Shown here piece after piece: positions 35,601 to 46,205 of a stretch of DNA of 64,000 nucleotides; position 1 is the first letter of the stretch; every line of letters begins with the position of its first letter. Made by a program: the position numbers and the translations under genes. This DNA is from Macrostomum hystrix (lineage: Eukaryota; Animalia; Platyhelminthes), in the NCBI GenBank assembly GCA_950097015.1, contig CATNEN010000039.1, positions 16,492,001 through 16,556,000 on the forward strand. Direction: 5' to 3'. The notes under the pieces were generated by a model that did not search any database, was not told the DNA's origin, and saw only the letters and a list, made by a program, of their open reading frames with translations.

Positions 35601-38600
35601 AGTAGGCGAATAAAAGCTCTACTAACAGTAGAGTAGTGAGGGTCCTGCAAGACTTTTTCATAGCCAGTGTTGCACCGCTTGCGCCACATTGTGTTAAGTA
35701 TTCTGTGGGGGAATCAGTTATGTACACTGCCCCTGTCAGTGATCTATTTTTAGATCTGCCTCAGGGTCTGGCTAACGGGTGACGACACGCGGCGAAAGCC
35801 CCACCCCAAGCCCCAAGCAGCGGAGACAGTTGCTATAAATAAGAGAGCGGCTATGGTGAAATTCTATTCAAGAGAGAGAGAGAGAGAAGACCAGCTCTTC
35901 AAAGCTTCAATTGCAGCTTGCATTTTGTTTTATTTTTTTAGGCTGTAAATTTTTTCTTACTAGTTAAACAAAAATGGGCCTGTCTGGACGCAGACGAGCT
36001 AAGCCGGAGAATCGCAAAAACAAAGCTTCATCAGCGCCATCAAGTCAGGACTGTCATCAAACTCATCGACTGCAGGATCGCGACAACCGGCGCCTGGGTA
36101 AAACCTACCGTAGAGTGTCCCATAAGGAGGCCAGAGAGAGGAAGTCTACTAACCTACTGTCGTTTGACGTCAATCGAGGCTGGAACAACGACCTGATGCC
36201 GGCGGAGCAGCCGACGCACCCGGAGATCGGGGCGTCCCCGAACGCCAATTTGTTCAACAGGAGCATGATTCATCTGATGGATAAGGAGTGAGTTCTTGAT
36301 GCGCCAAGCCTTTACTTGACCACTGGATTTGTCTTCCTTGATTATATCTGATCAATCAATCTAGCTCGCACATGTTCGTTCATGCCATTCAGCTTCACAA
36401 GCACCGTGACCTACTCGCTCAACAAGAGGCACCGCTGGGACTTCACCAAGCAACTGACAGACGAGTACGACTCCAAGGAGGAGTTGAAGTCGCAGAATGT
36501 CTTTATCTCCGAGGCCGTCGCCCGCGGCCGCAAGCAGCCAGCCGTGTGGAAGGTGCTGACGAACGCAGCCTACACTGCAGACGCAGCCGATGAATTGCGC
36601 AAGCACAAGAAAGAGCTTGGCAAAAAGATTTCCCGCCTGACCAGCGAACAGAAGAGGGAGACAAAGAAGCACAAGAGCGCCCAGCTGAAGCAGCAGGTGC
36701 TGCAGACTGACCGGTTTCAGTTCAGCGACAGGGTGAAGGCTTCGCAGACTGAGCGAACTCTGGTGAGCACTGTGTCGGGTACAGGCGTCGGCTCGATTAA
36801 TTTGAGCTCCATCAAGCGCAACTGCAACCTGTGGAATCACCTGTACAACGTGTCGCCCAACGCCGAGGAGGCCAGGCTTAGCCTTCAACGAGACTTCGAG
36901 GGCCGGATGACTATCTCCGTGGGCACCTGCGTCCCCAGCCCGCACGTGGACGTCAGGCGGTGCACCCAGTCTGAGAAGGACACCAAGCTGGAAAAGCTGA
37001 ACGAGCGTAACTGGCCCACTCCGAGGCAGCGGGAGCGAATGACTCAGAAGCAGAGGCGCTCCGAGATGGAGATGCAGCTGGACATGGACGGAGAGTGGAG
37101 CCTGGTTGAAACGCCAGCGAACGAGGTCGACGATGTCGACTGCGACTTCAGCCGCCCATCGGAGGTGGTTGCTCTAGTAGACTTCGCCAGGCCAAAGATT
37201 TCGGTGAATCGCAACAAGAAGCTGGCTGCCAAGGCGCGAAAGCTTCGCATGCAACAGCTGGAGCAGAAGAGGAAGCACCGAAACACAAGCGACAACACTT
37301 CTGGCAGCAGCTCTGGCTATGACTCGGGATCAGATGGCGGCGAAGATAAGGCCGGCACCGGAACGAGCGTTAGAGAAGAAATCGAGCCAACGGACGTCCG
37401 GCTCCTCGAGACCATGAGAGCGGCCCTGACTGCGACCCGACCAATCGTGCAGATGCCCCGGGCAGCTGCTGAGACTACTCGCGTTTCCGAATTGTTCTCT
37501 GAGGCGTCTCACCAAAGCGCTTTGGTTGTCTCTGGGTCGGTGCCTAGGAAGCTTGCTGTGTTGCTTCAGCTGGACCTCTCGGAGACTGTCGTATTTGAAG
37601 AGATCGAGAGCGCGAATGACTCTGAGTTCGCTCGATTTGCTGTTCATCACGTTTGCCGAACAGGCAATAGTTTTGCTTCCAGAACTACAGCTGGCGAGGT
37701 GGCTTCTCAAGCTGACCCGTTCGACTTTCTTCTAGGAATGTTGGCTGATGTGTCAGTTTCTGGACAAGCGTTCGAGAGGAGCGTTGGCAAGAGATGTGAA
37801 GCTTCGATTGGTTGTCCAATCGCTGGGTGGAGGCAGGCGTCGACAATGTCGGAGTCCGAGGCCAGACTGACTGCGATCCGAGCTCTGCCGATGTTCAAGA
37901 CACCAACCACCGCACCCCTCGATGCCGAGCTGGTCCTAGCGCCCGACTGCGAGATCTGCTGCCAACAGCTGTCCACCGGTGACAGCGTCGACTCTTTCGC
38001 CGACGGCGCTACTATGCTGAGCGAGTGCGGCCACCGGTTCTGCAACAGCTGCTGGTTGCAGCACGTGTCTGGCAGCATCGCCAGGGGTCGGGCGGACATC
38101 TGGTGTCCCGCATTCCAGTGCAAGACGGCTCTGGACGCGGCCACGCTGCTGTGGTTCTGTCCGGCCGATCTTGTCTCCGCTCTGGGCTCGGCCGCATTCC
38201 GTTCGTGGCTTTCCGAGCGAAGCGAACGGCATCAGCGACGACTGTGCCCTCGGCCGAGCTGCGGTCGAGTGCTCGAGAGTCGGGCCGGGGTGAACACGCT
38301 GTGCGACTGCAGCGGGTGCGGACTGTGCGTCGGCTGCGGGCAGGAGCCACACTGGCCCTGCGACTGCGCCACGGCTGCTAAGTGAGTAGTTAATTTTCGA
38401 ATCGATTCTATTTTAACTTCAGCGTCAAACTTAATGAGACGAAATCCAAAATCAAACATCCAGGTATCGCTCTAAGATGAAGTCTATGGGCCACGAGAAG
38501 TTGGAACTTCGGGATCTCAACGCTGAGACTAATGTGAACGCCAAGCAATGCCCCTCCTGCTTCCTCATCATGGAGAAGGGAATCGGCTGCAACCACATGT

Positions 38601-41600
38601 CCTGCCCGTGCGGTGAGCACTTCTGCTGGTGGTGCGGCCGTTCGATGAAGGCTCACAACGGCTCCGGACCGTGCATTGACCGCCGCGGGAGCATTCGGTC
38701 CGAGTTTCGCGTCCAGCGTGTGTTCACAGCGCAGGACTCCTTCCTGGTGCCGAACAGCACGCAGTCCCGCCTCTACTGCGCCGCCGTGCGGGCCCGCATC
38801 AGTCGCGGCTCCTCCAACGTGTCGCTGCTTCTGAAGAGTTCCTTCCAGATTCAGTTGGCCAACCTGTTCACATCGCACGCGATTCGGTTCAAGGGCGTCA
38901 GCTGGTCGACGGCTGCCCAGTTGGGCCGGGAGACCTCGATGCGTCTGGTCAGAGCCACCTTGCACGCCAGCTACCTGGTGGAATACTCATTCGCCCACCT
39001 TGACAGCCACCGGGTCGACCGACGCACCAGCGTCGCTGTGCGAGCTCTGGGCAGCCACATCGCCGAGTTGGTCGCGGCAATGTCAACCGAGGTTAAGGAA
39101 CAGTGCCGACGCGGCTACCGCGGACCGAAACAGACTCTGCTGGCCTACGAGAGGCTGATGATGATGCAGAGCTGCCTGGAGAGCAAGTGCCGACTGCTCC
39201 ACTGCATCGTGTCAAATCAGCGAGAACGCAGTCGAGTGCAACAGAACCAGCGATTCAAGCCTGCTAAAGTGTGAACTCTAAAAAATTCTCATTGCGAATG
39301 ACTTGAAGTCTCTCATTCTCCACTCGCACGCTAATAAGTTTATGCTACCTATCCAATAGAAAAGTAACCATTCGCTCGTTTAATACTAAAATTTGATATT
39401 CTACTGTTGGATTTTGTGTTGACTTAATTTTAGAGAGACAAAACGATAGAAAGTATAACTTGCCCAGTTCGGCCTCTAGCACAGCCGCGGCACTTCTTAA
39501 GACTGTGTACAGCTGTTCTGTCCATGGACTAGGGAGGGTTTAAGATTATTGCTAAGCTTGAACTCAAAGCTCAAAGTTAAGCTCTCACCACTAGGCTGCA
39601 AGCTCGCTATCGGACTAAGCATGAAACATCAGATGCTGCACTCTATTCTAAAGTGCCAACCCCTATTTCTGAGTAAAAAACCATAGCAAAAATTGTGCAA
39701 TGGCGAATAAATCCCAGGCGCAAAATGCAATCTCGCTACTGATAGTAGACAGAACACATTCGTGGAATTTATGGAATGATTGCATTTTTGCGTCAAATAA
39801 ATATATTTTCATTGGTTGCTACGGCCAACAAGGCATGACTTACACGAAATCATGACATAAAAATGGAACCCGAAAATTATCTGTAACTCTAAAACAATGC
39901 TATTTGCTTAGCACAATCATTCCCCTAAAAACGTGTGCTTTAGTTTGAAACACGGACTAACCCGGTTGTAAAACTTTTATTTGCGCACAAGAGCAAACAC
40001 TGCTGACCAAATACTTCGTGATTGTCTGGGTCTGTGGCTAGAAAAAATTACTTGTCATGATAGCACACTGCCTCACCTGATAATAGCGCACCCGATAACA
40101 CACTGCCTCACCTGATGATAGCGCACCCGATAGCACACTGCCTCACCTGATGATAGCACACCTGATAACACTGCCTCACCTGATGATAGCGCACCTGATA
40201 ACACTGCCTCACCTGATAATAGCGCACCCGATAACACACTGCCTCACCTGATAATAGCGCACCCGATAACACTGCCTCACCTGATAATAGCGCACCCGAT
40301 AACACACTGCCTCACCTGATGATAGCGCACCCGATAACACTGCCTCACCTGATAATAGCGCACCCGATAACACACTGCCTCACCTGATAATAGCGCACCC
40401 GATAACACACTGCCTCACCTGATGATAGCGCACCCGATAACACACTGCCTCACCTGATGATAGCGCACCTGATAACACTGCCTCACCTGATGATAGCGCA
40501 CCCGATAACACACTGCCTCACCTGATGATAGCGCACCTGATAACACTGCCTCACCTGATGATAGCGCACCTGATAACACTGCCTCACCTGATGATAGCAC
40601 ACCTGATAACACACTGCCTCACCTGATGATAGCACACCTGATAACACACTGCCTCACCTGATGATAGCGCACCTGATAACACTGCCTCACCTGATGATAG
40701 CAGCCCCAGCAGACCGCATGAAGTAGGCTGCAGTTGTTCTTGTCCTGGAGTTTAAATATTCTATCGGCAGCCGTGGCCGCCTCAGACTGTGACAGGGCAG
40801 TGCTTCGCGCCAATTTCAGCAGCCGGTCGAAGCAGCTCGAAGCAGCATAGAAGCTGCACAGGTGGGCCACATAGTGAAAGTCCACGTCTGAAGTGCTCCA
40901 CTTGCTGCCCGTGTCATACTCAACTCGAATGGAACATATTGACAGCTCAGAAGTATTTCGATTGGACAATTCTGTCGAAGTGTTGTCATCATCTTGTTTG
41001 TCCTCCTGGATGATGAATGAGTTCATAACAATGCAGCTGTCTCATTCGACTCACAAATGACAAACTTGGGTACAAAAAACACGTACGTTAGCCATCAACT
41101 TTTAATTGTTTGTGAGTAACACGCTTGTCCTGAAGCATTGTTTGTGAGTAACACGCTTGTCCTGAAGCATTGTTTATGAGTAACACGCTTGTCCTGAAGC
41201 ATGTTTGTGAGTAATACGCTTGTCCTGAAGCATGTTTGTGAGTTATACGCTTGTCCTGAAGCATGTTTGTGAGTAACACGTTTGTCCTGAAGCATGTTTG
41301 TGAGTAACACGCTTGTCCTGAAGCATGTTTGTGAGTAACACGTTTGTCCTGAAGCATGTTTGTGAGTAACACGCTTGTCCTGAAGCATGTTTGTGAGTTA
41401 TACGCTTGTCCTGAATCATGTTTGTGAGTAACACGCTTGTCCTGAAGCATGTTTGTGAGTAACACGCTTGTCCTGAAGCATGTTTGTGAGTAACACGCTT
41501 GTCCTGAAGCATGTTTGTGAGTAACACGCTTGTCCTGAAGCATGTTTGTGAGTTATACGCTTGTCCTGAATCATGTTTGTGAGTAACACGCTTGTCCTGA

Positions 41601-43183
41601 AGCATTGTTTGTGAGTAACACGCTTGTCCTGAAGCATGTTTGTGAGTAACACGCTTGTCCTGAAGCATTGTTTGTGAGTAACACGCTTGTCCTGAAGCAT
41701 GTTTGTGAGTAACACGCTTGTCCTGAAGCATGTTTGTGAGTAACACGCTTGTCCTGAAGCATGTTTGTGAGTTATACGCTTGTCCTGAAGCATGTTTGTG
41801 AGTAACACGTTTGTCCTGAAGCATGTTTGTGAGTAACACGCTTGTCCTGAAGCATTGTTTGTGAGTAACACGCTTGTCCTGAAGCATGTTTGTGAGTAAC
41901 ACGCTTGTCCTGAAGCATTGTTTGTGAGTAACACGCTTGTCCTGAAGCATTGTTTGTGAGTAACACGCTTGTCCTGAAGCATTGTTTGTGAGTAACACGC
42001 TTGTCCTGAAGCATTGTTTGTGAGTAACACGCTTGTCCTGAAGCATGTTTGTGAGTAACACGCTTGTCCTGAAGCATGTTTGTGAGTAACACGCTTGTCC
42101 TGAAGCATGTTTGTGAGTAATACGCTTGTCCTGAAGCATGTTTGTGAGTTATACGCTTGTCCTGAAGCATGTTTGTGAGTAACACGTTTGTCCTGAAGCA
42201 TGTTTGTGAGTAACACGCTTGTCCTGAAGCATGTTTGTGAGTAATACTCTTGTCCTGAAGCATGTTTGTGAGTAACACGCTTGTCCTGAAGCATGTTTGT
42301 GAGTAATACGCTTGTCCTGAAGCATGTTTGTGAGTAACACGCTTGTCCTGAAGCATGTTTGTGAGTAATACGCTTGTCCTGAAGCATGTTTGTGAGTAAC
42401 ACGCTTGTCCTGAAGCATGTTTGTGAGTAACACGCTTGTCCTGAAGCATGTTTGTGAGTAACACGCTTGTCCTGAAGCATTGTTTGTGAGTAACACGCTT
42501 GTCCTGAAGCATTGTTTCTGAGTAACACGCCTTAAAGAACATCAAACAGGGCGGAAAACTTTCATAAGTATATGGTGGACTTTCAAGACAATCGGTCATT
42601 TGGTTTGGAAGCTATCGTGAAGTATAGGCAGTGAGTATTTGAAATAATTTCTTGATCTTTCCCCAGGGTTGAAAAAGAGCGCGGGTTTCTACAATTACTC
42701 CACTCCAATCTAGAAACTTTTGTCCTCCTAATTTAGCTCGTAGTAGTCCTTGATTTGCACAGATGAGTAAATCTAAACGAAATTTACCGTTCTCAGCAAC
42801 AGACGTCTCAGGCACAGCTCAAACTGATCCGCCAAGTCGCACTGCATCGCTTCAACCAGGCGCCAGCTATCGGCGTCTCTGGCGGCGGCAGTCGCGGCGA
42901 TGACGTAACAGTCGTCGGGACCATCGTCGGCTATTCGCAGGGCCGGCGGATTGGTCTTGTTCTGGGCTTTGCGCGACGTCGACGTCGCATTCGACTTGGA
43001 GAACATTGCGGGAGCCACTCGGCAGCTCTTCTGCTGCGGCTTTAGCTTCTGGCACAGTCGATCTACCAGTTCAGAAAGAAAACCCGGCTTGGAAACTGAG
43101 TCTTCCTGGAGTTCCATTGCTTGGCTGTCGTCTGTGAGTTCCGTGAGCTCACCAGGCATATTGGGTGTCGATTTGTCACTCAT
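29697..43183 (-). CDS. Divergent TRP-like multi-pass cation channel. Terminal exon 31679-29697; inferred upstream exons ~41037-40691, ~42612-42529 and 43183-42788
   Basis: The terminal exon has ~6 hydrophobic segments, including FGETVMMFRQVLERFLQLSIIYIICIVIFANLF (S4-S5/S5-like) and HFVYILMFAILTLNFLIASL (S6, LNxLIA motif). An upstream exon has ankyrin-like QDKNNCSLLHAVCWG and a phase-0 donor at 40691 compatible with the acceptor at 31679. Linking the upstream exons is inference. Confidence 0.6.
32179..34937 (+). pseudogene. Ariadne-like RBR E3 ligase paralog A, disrupted
   Basis: Homologous to 35974-39274 but split over several frames (breaks near 33110-33175, ~33470, ~34430, ~34670). RING1 reads CNSFW versus CNSCW in the intact copy. 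The RING2 start is degraded. Confidence 0.8.
35082..35350. mobile_element. Two converging SINE family 1 remnants (35082-35240 +, 35286-35350 -)
   Basis: GGTTCGATT...GTCCATGGACTGAACAGCCG..CAGCCTTCAGATG matches 8342-8610. The minus-strand tRNA head reads TAGTGGTTAGAGCG...GAGTTCGAATCC. Confidence 0.7.
35834..35840 (+). promoter_or_regulatory. Candidate TATA box for RBR paralog B
   Basis: TATAAAT after a GC-rich stretch, 140 bp upstream of the ATG at 35974. Confidence 0.45.
35974..39274 (+). CDS. Ariadne-like RBR (RING1-IBR-RING2) E3 ubiquitin ligase with a long basic N-terminal extension. Exons 35974-36287, 36393-38381, 38464-39274
   Basis: RING1 CEIC...CGHRFCNSCW...CPAFQC, IBR CPRPSC...CVGCGQEPHWPCDC and RING2 KQCPSC...GCNHMSCPCGEHFCWWC with the catalytic Cys. 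Phase-2 GT-AG junctions join in frame. Confidence 0.88.
40058..40702 (-). repeat. 33/35-bp tandem repeat derived from an exon/intron junction; each unit contains CAG|GTGAGG on the minus strand
   Basis: About 19 units of CACTGCCTCACCTGATGATAGCGCACCCGATAA. The first unit overlaps the exon end at 40691. Confidence 0.92.
41106..42530 (-). repeat. 31/32-bp satellite, same family as 23538-26300
   Basis: Reverse complement of the same monomer. Confidence 0.97.
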
Positions 43184-43222
43184 GTTGTCAACCTGAGAAG
43201 GATTAGTTACTCTCTTAATTAA

Positions 43223-43420
43223 CTCTCGCACCAAGGTCCCTGAGCTCGATTCCGCGGCGAGGCCATGCACATTCATTTGTGGCGCAGCCGCGGAGAGAAG
43301 GCTCGGGGGCTTGTCCTTGAGGACCAACCTCCGAGGCACAGTGAAAGTGTACTCTGCCTGACGATGAACAATTCAGGGCAAATGTACACACCTGTGGGAG
43401 CCTTTGCGCTCAAGAGTCGG
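43223..43420 (+). mobile_element. SINE family 2 fragment
   Basis: CTCTCGCACCAAGGTCCCTGAGCTCGATTCCG is identical to the head of the 21771 copy. Confidence 0.78.
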
Positions 43421-44169
43421 CGAAGCGGGTCCCGCCACACTAGTGGAGATCAACCAAACAACCAAACTGTTCCTCTTGGATGTATAGTTTGGACGTCGAT
43501 TTGTGAACGAACAAAGCTAGACTTACCAGCTTATTTCAAGAGAGTTGGTTCGATTTGGCAATATGTAGAACCGATACAGTTCGATACAGAGTCTACAAAA
43601 AGATCGTCATAAGTATACTCAAATTGGGATCCAGAGTTAAGGCGGGGTGGCGCCGTTCCCCTTTTTCAAACACGCAAATAATTCAGTGCACTCAGCTGCG
43701 GATCTTATATTTGCCCGAAAAATAATTATTAATATCAGATGCGTGTGTTTATGTGTGTGTATGTCATTGGCATACTAACTGGCCCTGCAATCGGCAGGCA
43801 AACTTATACAGTGAATTACGACCAGGTCGTGATCATGTTTGCCCACGGAGCCAGCCATCACACACAACTGACCATATCGGTGTAGTTGCAGCTCTATCTC
43901 AAACTCCATACAGACATTTACAAATCAGTTTGTTTCCAATTAACTAGATTAACCAATAGATATTTCTGGATTCTAAATCACTATTGACACAGTACAAAGG
44001 CATGGTTGCTATAGCAACAAAATATTAGAGATGGCATCGACTTTGAGTAAATGTATAGCCAAGTTTTTGTAGATAGACGTGATTTATAAAATGGAAATGT
44101 AGTTTTACAACGTAAAATGTCAAAATTGTTTGGAATTATTATATTTAACGTCATAATAAAAGAAACAGC

Positions 44170-44418
44170 CTATGATCTTCCGTAGCCACGTTTCTTGCGC
44201 CAGTACCACTTCTTTGCGGAGCCAGCAACCGACTGCAGCTCATCTGGTTCCATTATGTCGTCAAGGGTTCGCGCCGGATTTTCAGCTGCAGCCTGGGCGT
44301 CATCCGAGTCGACGAGTTGCTGTCTAGACGGCGAATCATCAGCGGCAAAAGCGTGGACTGCGGTGGATGCCGCCAACACAGTGATTAGAAGAACAAGTGA
44401 AACTGCCTCGGGCTTCAT
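44170..44418 (-). CDS. Small secreted peptide precursor, 82 aa (neuropeptide- or antimicrobial-like)
   Basis: Hydrophobic signal peptide, acidic spacer, C-terminal KK-WYW-RKKR-GY-GRS. Splice-acceptor-like TTTAG 3 nt before the ATG. GC-rich coding island in an AT-rich context. Confidence 0.7.
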   Translation of the reverse strand: MKPEAVSLVLLITVLAASTAVHAFAADDSPSRQQLVDSDDAQAAAENPARTLDDIMEPDELQSVAGSAKKWYWRKKRGYGRS

Positions 44419-44964
44419 CTTCTAAAGGCTTATGGAATTTCTAAAGTGGTCTGATAAGATTTCATATTAGCAACAATCGGGTAATACATATACTAAGAGT
44501 TGAGCGCACATCTGGGATTTGCAGACATCTGCTCAGACATCCTGGAGAAGTGCATGCTCGCAAACTCGACAGTTTTCTACTTATAATTGCCACATCATGG
44601 AGATTCGCCAGTTTCACATTAATACTGCTGTGCGGACTTCGCGTGTGTTTTAAGATCTATTTTGCTACAGAGACAGTAGAATAAGTTGAGTTGAATTCAG
44701 TTTCAAGTATAGAACTCATGAGAATTGTACACATGACACATTTGAGTCTAAAAATAACTGCCAGCATTCTGCTTGCTCGGTGAAGTAGACGTTAAAGTTT
44801 AGCCCTAGCAAGAAGGCTGTGGGCAGTGGCCTATGCATCAGTAGGTGAGTAGACTCGTAGCCAGCTAAGAGACAATTTGTCCATCCACTGTCTCATGAGC
44901 ACACACGCAGTTACTGTACGTCACACAGACATTACATGTGCTCTAAATTTTTCGTTTTCATCTA

Positions 44965-45470
44965 ATGTTTGTGAGTAACACGCTTGTCCTGAAGCATTGT
45001 TTATGAGTAACACGCTTGTCCTGAAGCATGTTTGTGAGTAACACGCTTGTCCTGAAGCATGTTTGTGAGTAACACGCTTGTCCTGAAGCATTGTTTATGA
45101 GTAACACGCTTGTCCTGAAGCATGTTTGTGAGTAATACGCTTGTCCTGAAGCATGTTTGTGAGTAACACGCTTGTCCTGAAGCATTGTTTATGAGTAACA
45201 CGCTTGTCCTGAAGCATGTTTGTGAGTAACACGCTTGTCCTGAAGCATGTTTGTGAGTAACACGCTTGTCCTGAAGCATTGTTTATGAGTAACACGCTTG
45301 TCCTGAAGCATGTTTGTGAGTAACACGCTTGTCCTGAAGCATGTTTGTGAGTAACACGCTTGTCCTGAAGCATTGTTTATGAGTAACACGCTTGTCCTGA
45401 AGCATGTTTGTGAGTAATACGCTTGTCCTGAAGCATGTTTGTGAGTAATACGTTTTTAGTGAAGCATGTT
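44965..45470 (-). repeat. Third copy of the 31-bp satellite, organised as a 94-bp (32+31+31) higher-order repeat
   Basis: The variant monomer CATTGTTTATGAG recurs every 94 bp. Confidence 0.93.
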
Positions 45471-46205
45471 TGCAGTTACTAAATTGCTACTGGGCATTGA
45501 AGTTAATCGCTTGGCTTTAAACTAAAAATAACAAAGACGAACGGTAACTTTATTTGTAGCGTAGTTCAAAATAAAAAACAAGTGCATAACGTTAGAAAAT
45601 CATCAATAATGATTTATTAAGAAATTAAATTTAAACAAATTAAAACAAAACCACCTTTAGCACTGCTTGAACCTACAGGTAAGATTTCGCAGTCTAAAAA
45701 ATAAAGACATATTTTATTGGATATAAAGAATTTGGTATCACAGACACTGTGTAGAGCCCAGCGTAGAAAAAAATGTGGAATGTCAGACATGAAAATAAAA
45801 TAGAGTTAGACAAAAGTTAAAAAGTTTTACTATCAAAGAGATATAATATCCATAGACATGGAGAATAGTAAATTTATACACAAGATAGATAGGAAATACA
45901 AGTGGAGAGGGTGGTATATAGTTATTAATGACCCGACATTGTCATGGTCTAGAAATGGTTTCTGTCTTATAAGGCAAGAAGGTAATCAACTGATTGACAC
46001 GGAATAAGAAAAATGGTGCAGCGATATGAAAGTACTTTTACAATGTGTTTTATATATACGCAGGATAAGCTTGATTTAAGTCACGAAGAATTTTCTATAA
46101 ATTCTATTGCTTACTACTGTTAGTAATAAAATATGGTGCGTCAAAAATTGTTTTCTATGTCAATAGAAATTTTTCATGTTAGAAATTCGATTGGTAACTC
46201 AACAC

